Positions 56,981 to 64,000 of a stretch of DNA of 64,000 nucleotides are shown one piece after another. Where the stretch lies: assembly GCF_009914755.1 (NCBI RefSeq), contig NC_060939.1. One strand, written 5' to 3'. The DNA comes from the human T2T-CHM13v2.0 reference genome, Homo sapiens. The stretch's first letter is position 1, and every line of letters begins with the position of its first letter. The position numbers and the translations under genes were made by a program. The notes beneath the pieces were generated by a model. It was not told the DNA's origin. It ran no database searches and saw nothing but the letters and a program-made list of their open reading frames with translations.

Positions 56981-59096
56981 CTGAAGACACAGCATTTCTT
57001 TTTCTACCTGCCCCAGGTTCTGGTTTCTTATTAAATGATCTACAACCTCTCTCTGGGAAATCAACATATGAATGGCCAACCTTTCAGTTCACACCTTCCC
57101 CCAAGGGCTTTGCACACTTATGTGCATACACAGAATAGGTAAGAAAGATATTTATACCTGACAGAAACACTTATAAGTAAGTATAAATACCTATGAGTAA
57201 TCCAATGAAAGAGGAGACTAGAATAATAAAAATGGCTCTCAAATACATTTATATTTACTCTTCAGGACAAAGTGTAGAAGGAACATAGAGGAAAGAGTAG
57301 TAAACTCAGCTTGGAGGTGTTGGCTAAGGCATTCCTGAGAAGGTGACATTTGAATTAGGCCTTGAAGGATGAATAAGAGTCCATGAAGCAAAGAAAGGGA
57401 AAAGGATTCCAGGCAGAGGAAGAGCAGGTGCAGAAGTACAGAGACATGAAGGAGCACAGTGGTTTCGGGAAAGGTGAGAACTGCACTGTGGCTGGAATAG
57501 AGGAAACGGGGTGGAAGAGAGGGTGTAGAAACAAATGGAATAATGGTGAACCAAGTTGGAAGGCTTCATTGGGCAGCCCTTTGGCGGGTCCTCACCCTTA
57601 GGTATTTGGGCTTCATCTTGAAAGAAATGGAGAGCCCACACGGTTTTCAAGCAGGGACTTGTAAATTTGATAGCTAAGGATATCAACGGTGGGAAGGCTA
57701 GGAGACCTCTTCCTGTTCGACTTTTCCAGCATCCAGCAGAAGAGGGATCTCTACTAGAGAGAGAATCCTGGAATTCACATGGTACTTGCAGACACAGCTT
57801 TTGAGTTTGTTTCTTCTAAGCTATGAAACCTAAAGATTCTAGTTTTGGAAATGAAGCATGGGAAAGAGGAGGGAGATAAAGAGGGGGGAGAAATAACATT
57901 CAACTCCAATTCCTCAAAGGAAAAAAAAAGTATAATGTCTCTTTATCGAAACATGTATTTAAAATAATCACAAAAAATTAAGTTCAGTTTTTGCAGAGTG
58001 GGCTACTGGAGGAGAACCATAAATGACCAAAGAACAACAAAGCAGAAAAAATAAGCAGAGGAGAAAGAATATAAAAACAGGAAGTCAGCAGGCAGCAGTT
58101 CCCCATGAGGTCACTGGCAAAGGCCCAGGGGCCTCTTCTCTACAGGTCACGGGTGGGGAAGGGAAAGCTGGGACGCAGGCCTTTTCTCATAGTCATGGGC
58201 ACCGAACAGGGCAGAACACAGGGTCAATGCCAGACACACCTGGCAATTTTCAAAAACTGTTTCTATGTGGGATGGGGGTGGGGTGATCTCAAGGCTGCCC
58301 CGCTGGAGGCAAAGAAGCCTGGTTCAAATCAGGAGCTGAGTCGCCCCTCTGGGTCTGTCATTAAGCGATTGTGTGACCTGGGCAAGAGCCTCCACCTCTC
58401 TGGCCTGTTTCCTCACCTGGGATTTAGTATGATTGGCAAGGCCTCCACGCATGGGTGGCCAAGGGGCATGTTGAAATCCACTGTGCACTCTGGCATGAGC
58501 TGAAACCAGGAAGAACAATTTTTCCAATTTATACCAAAACATTGTTCTGCCAGCCAAACCCACAGCCTCCGGAGATGGGACCACTCAGAGAGGTCCCTTT
58601 TTCTCCTTCATATGTAGGAATTTCCTGGGCAAACAGTGGCACTGAAATGAGGTGGTGTGGAGGCAAAGAGGACCAGGTCGGAAAGAAAGGGTGAAGCCAC
58701 CCTGGGGAGAGTCTTGGATGCTGTGATAAAGAATTTAGACTTGTTGTTGAAAGAAATGGAGAGCCAGATCTGCCTAAGGTCACTTGCCTGCCCCCAAGGC
58801 CTTCTCCTGACCACTTGCACAAGGGAGAGCCCCTGCTTCCACCGACACCCCACTTCCCAACACAGCAGGCTGTCTCAGCCACCCTGGGGGTGAGTGCTGG
58901 GTTTTGGCATGAACTTCATTATGCCTGCTGCGATGGGAAGGAGCTGAAACAGCTCCAGCACCCACTTCCATGTCCAACCTTACCTAGGTCCGCTGAGGCT
59001 GGCCCAGGTACACAACCCAAAGTAGGGGGCAGCTAATGCCCCATGGTGTGAACTTTGAGCAGTGAGAGACCCAAGTAACAGATAGGTTCTTGATGA

Positions 59097-59826
<730 letters not shown>

Positions 59827-59939
59827 CATATACTGGCCATCTTGCTGGCCCTGTCTAGTGAGGGTTTGCCACATTCGTAATGTTACATTTCTTGCTTTTG
59901 AGTATGTTAGAACAAACTCATACGCCTTACAAATATTTG

Positions 59940-60165
59940 GGCAGTAGAATCAAGAGAGCATGGAGTCAAACAGGCCACTCTTCGAATCGTAGTCCCATCG
60001 CTCACTATCTCTGTAAAGTTCTCTAAGAAGACCTGACTTCTCCATCTCTTAGTTTCCTCCTCCATGAGATGAAGATAATCAAACGTACTCCATTGAGTCA
60101 GTGGTGATCAAATTAAATGAGATGATGTACGTGGGTTACTTAGCATATTGCTGGACATACAGGAT
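59940..60165 (+). mobile_element. MIR
   Basis: gagcatggagtcaaacag...tcttagtttcctcctccatgagatgaagataat...aaattaaatgagatgatgta. Confidence 0.65.
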
Positions 60166-61240
60166 GAGCTGGCAAGGGTGTTTTTGTTGTAATGATTAGG
60201 AAAATTGAAGCGTAGGAGACTTTTGGGTCAGTGTCCTGGGAACAGCAACTGCAGAGAGGGACTGCAGGACTCAGGCCTGAGGGAGGGGCAAAACGCCAGT
60301 GGCTGAGGCCAGTCTGAAAGATTTCCCAGACTAGATTCCAAGTGTGGGGATGGGGAATGACATGAACAATAATCCAGGTCTCCTCTGGAACCCATTTCAT
60401 CTCCAAGGCTGCATAGGCCCACTGAGCCACCCACGCTGACCTCAGCCCAGAGCAGATCTGCCTCCTATCCCTGAATGATATTTCCACCGCTGCTCCTGTC
60501 CCCATTTTATCCTTAGAAAGAACAGGCTTCTTGCCTGCTTGTTTTCACTGTGGCCTTGGTATTGAAAGCTAAAGGCATGATTTGGCAGAAGGTAAAGCCC
60601 GGGGAAACCTAGGACAGAGGCTCTTGCTGCCCACAGCCTCAGCAGCCTGCAGACACATCTGATGCCAGCTTGGATGTCAGAGACTACAAGGTCATTGTCA
60701 CACGTGCATGGTGGTGCTACCGCTTGAGCCCTTTGTTTATTTTTATTGTTCTACTGCTACCGGTGGTAAGAGACTACCAGTGGGGAAAGGTGGGAAGGAG
60801 AGGGGAAGAGATTTCTACCCCTTCCCCATTTCCCTGTGTCTTTACTGCTGCCCCACATCTGGAGCTAAGCAGTTGGGTTTGAGGGAACTGAAGCAGGCTG
60901 GAGAATGTGGTACTATGGGTCATAGACAGGCTTAAGGGAGGCCTTCGTTTTGTTCTGTTTTTGTTTTTTTTTTTATGATGGAGGAGTGTGCACATGGAAA
61001 GAGCCAGAGAGAGAGAGAGAGAGAGAGGGAGATGAAAGCTGGTAGAGCAAAGACCCCGAGGAAATATGTGAGGGGTGAAGGCACTGGAATCCAGGGCACT
61101 GGGGAAGAGATTCTGGTGTCTATATAGATGGCGCACCCAGTTCTCTGACACTGGTGGGGAGGATGTGAGGGCTGGCAGACCTAAATATTTTTGTGGGAGG
61201 GAGGCTGGAAGTAGAGGGATTTCATGCCAGATGGTCTCAA

Positions 61241-61249
61241 TTTTCTTTC

Positions 61250-61312
<63 letters not shown>

Positions 61313-61606
61313 CTTTCTTTCTCCTTCCTTCCTTTCTTTTTGACAGAGTCTCACTCTGTCACCCAGGCTGGAGTGCAGTGGCACGATCTTGGCTCACTGG
61401 GCTCAAGCAATTCTCCTGCCTCAGCCTCCTGAGTAGCTGGGACTACAGGCGCACGCCACCATGCCTGGCTAATTTTTGTATTTTTAGTAGAGACAGTGTT
61501 TTGCCATGTTGGTCAGGCTGGTCTCGAACCCCTGACTTCAGGTGATCCACCCACCTCAGCCTCCTAAAGTGCTGGGATTACAGGCGTGAGGCACCGCGCC
61601 CAGCCA
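61241..61606 (-). mobile_element. AluS with (CTTT)n tail
   Basis: TSD gatggtctcaatttt; microsatellite 61241-61340. Confidence 0.92.
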
Positions 61607-62637
61607 GGCAGGATGGTCTCAATTTTTGCTGGGAGCTAGGAGGCAAAGCCATCTGCTGAGAGGAGACTTGAGGTAAGGATGGAAATTAAGGAGTAGTGGG
61701 GAAGGTCTGGAATAGCCATCGTGGGGACAGGAAAGGATGCTTCCTAGAGGCAGGTCAAAGGATTGTACAGATGCACTGAGGACTGTGAATTTACAATTTA
61801 TCCCTGAGCAGCACTGAGCAGTACAGACCTGGGGTCCAAAAAGGTAGAGGATGGGATTAGCCCCAGGATTGCTACCTATGCATGAGACCTACAGACATTA
61901 TTGTGGAAAGTATCTTGAGCAATGCTTCATGTCTAAATAGTTATTAAGCCCAGACCTTTCTAATTCATCTCCTGGGAGCAGTCAGAAAGTAAGTGGCTCG
62001 GTCAGAAGGTAAGTGGCTCACACCATCGGGCCATCCCACCCCCGTGTGCCACTTCATCTTCCTCTGCCCCCAGGGTCAAGTGACTGGTATTGCGGGCAGC
62101 TCAGACGCTGCAGGAGCAGATGGCCAAGTAGGTAACCCCTGCCTCTTTGGCATGATCTGTCTGTCTGTGACCCCTGCACATGGACCCCAGGGGCCACACA
62201 CAGCCAACACAGAGCGGGGGCCCTGATTGCCTGAGTTTATGGGCTCTTTAAACACCAGGCTTATAGTCCTTCATGTAGCCGGGCCCAGATCTCAGCCAAT
62301 CAATCAAAAGCCGGTCATGGGATGTCACTGTGCTTCCTCTCCAACACATGGAGAAGGCCAGCCTCCCCGGTGCCAAGGCCAACATCCCTGGTCCCAAGGC
62401 CAGCTTTATTAAGTGGAGCTTGTTCTTAGAGGTCTTATTAATTGATATACACCCAAATGTATCTGTGTTTCCACAAATCAGTTGTTTCCCAAAAGTCCCC
62501 CTGTGGATGAAAAAAGCTAGGGGACAGGGTGACTTGGAAATATGTCTCCTGGCATAAGGCAGATGATTTATTGGTAGAAAAACCAAATTGGGGTCATTTA
62601 CTGTCCTTACATAAAATAGTTTCATGCTTGGTACTGA

Positions 62638-63049
<412 letters not shown>

Positions 63050-63186
63050 CCACTTATTTAAAAAGATAAAGGGTGAAAAATAAAAATCGAGGAAAACTCA
63101 CCTAGCTTCGTCGTTTATCAACCGTGCATCCTTTTCATTTTGGCAGTTGAGACTTGAGCATTGTTCTAGAGTGAGTCTTGAAATGT

Positions 63187-63216
63187 TGCCATCTTGTGGT
63201 AGAAGAGAGTAACTGC
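63187..63216 (-). promoter_or_regulatory. Candidate CTCF site with upstream module
   Basis: Minus strand reads GCAGTTAC-tctcttcta-CCACAAGATGGCA; the core resembles CCASYAGRKGGCR. Confidence 0.6.
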
Positions 63217-63333
63217 TTGTTTACTCTCTGTGGTCGTATTTATTTCAAGTACTGTATTTGTTGAGGTCCGCTCTGTATCAGGCACTGTACAATAATTGCA
63301 GTCATAACTTTACATTAAGAATAAGGGTCTGCT

Positions 63334-63644
63334 AGCCGGACGCGGTGGCTCAAGCCTGTAATCCCAGCACTTTTGGAGGCCGAGACGGGCGGAACACGAG
63401 GTCAGGATATCGAGACCATCCTGGCTAACACGGTGACACCCCCGTCTCTACTAAAAACACACAAAAAATTAGCTAGGCGTGGTGGCGGGCGCCTGTAGTC
63501 CCAGCTACTCGGGAGGCTGAGGCAGGAGAATGGCGTGAACCCCGGGAGGCGGAGCTTGCAGTGAGCCGAGATCGCACCACTGCACTTCAGCCTGGGCGAC
63601 ATAGTGAGACTCCATCTCCAAAAAAAAAAAAAAAAAAAAAAAAA
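63334..63644 (+). mobile_element. AluY, CpG-rich
   Basis: Perfect TSD aataagggtctgcta. Confidence 0.93.
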
Positions 63645-63878
63645 TAAGGGTCTGCCTATGCTGTGGGAGCCTCTTCCTGGGATTGGTGGTGACTGCCATT
63701 CCAGACCCTCCATACCAACTGCATCGTGGGAAGCCAGTACCCTCACACCCCATTCTATTTGAGGTTTTACCCAGAATCTTGGATGCTGAAAGGAGCCTGA
63801 TGGAACAATGCTACCTTAGTCTGCATCATTCATTTCAGGTGAATCAAAAGGTGACTTTTTCCAGCTGTGGCAATTTCC

Positions 63879-64000
63879 CAGTGGTTCTCAGTCCTGGCTG
63901 CACATTGGAATCACCTGCAGGCTTTTAAAAACCACAATGCCCAGGCTTTACCTCCCAGAGACTCTGATTTAATAGTGCAGGGTGAGGCACTGGTATTTTT
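63879..64000. mobile_element. MER5A-like MITE (runs off window)
   Basis: cagtggttctcagtcctggctgcacattggaatcacctg...cagagactctgatttaat. Confidence 0.75.

Noticed and set aside
59835-59850. GGCCATCTTGCTGG as a second CTCF site
   Set aside because: Has one extra base relative to the core spacing; at best a YY1-like match.

Overview
Primate (almost certainly human) genomic DNA; the exon 1 peptide identifies UACA, which I recall at 15q23. The only bona fide protein-coding sequence is the first coding exon of UACA on the minus strand (14268-14345, MKSLKSRLRRQDVPGPASSGAAAASA, GT donor at 14267), inside a CpG-island promoter. Bases 1-14267 are UACA intron 1 and about 14.6-64 kb is upstream intergenic DNA. 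The window is repeat-dense: about 48 Alu elements or fragments, old L1/L2/MIR remnants, MER47A, MER63, a Charlie transposase remnant, a nested MER44>MER6>Alu cluster, and solo LTRs MER4A1, MER9 and MLT1. The most notable structure is two full-length RPL29 processed retrocopies about 4.9 kb apart in inverted (tail-to-tail) orientation, apparently inserted independently. The minus copy keeps a 207-codon ORF. Its first ATG comes from the target-site duplication and adds a signal-peptide-like leader, and a late frameshift adds a new C-terminus. A CTCF motif with a correctly spaced upstream module lies at about 63.2 kb. Most other ORFs in the track are Alu, simple-repeat or chance ORFs. Repeat family names and consensus comparisons are from memory, not a search, and repeat boundaries are approximate.
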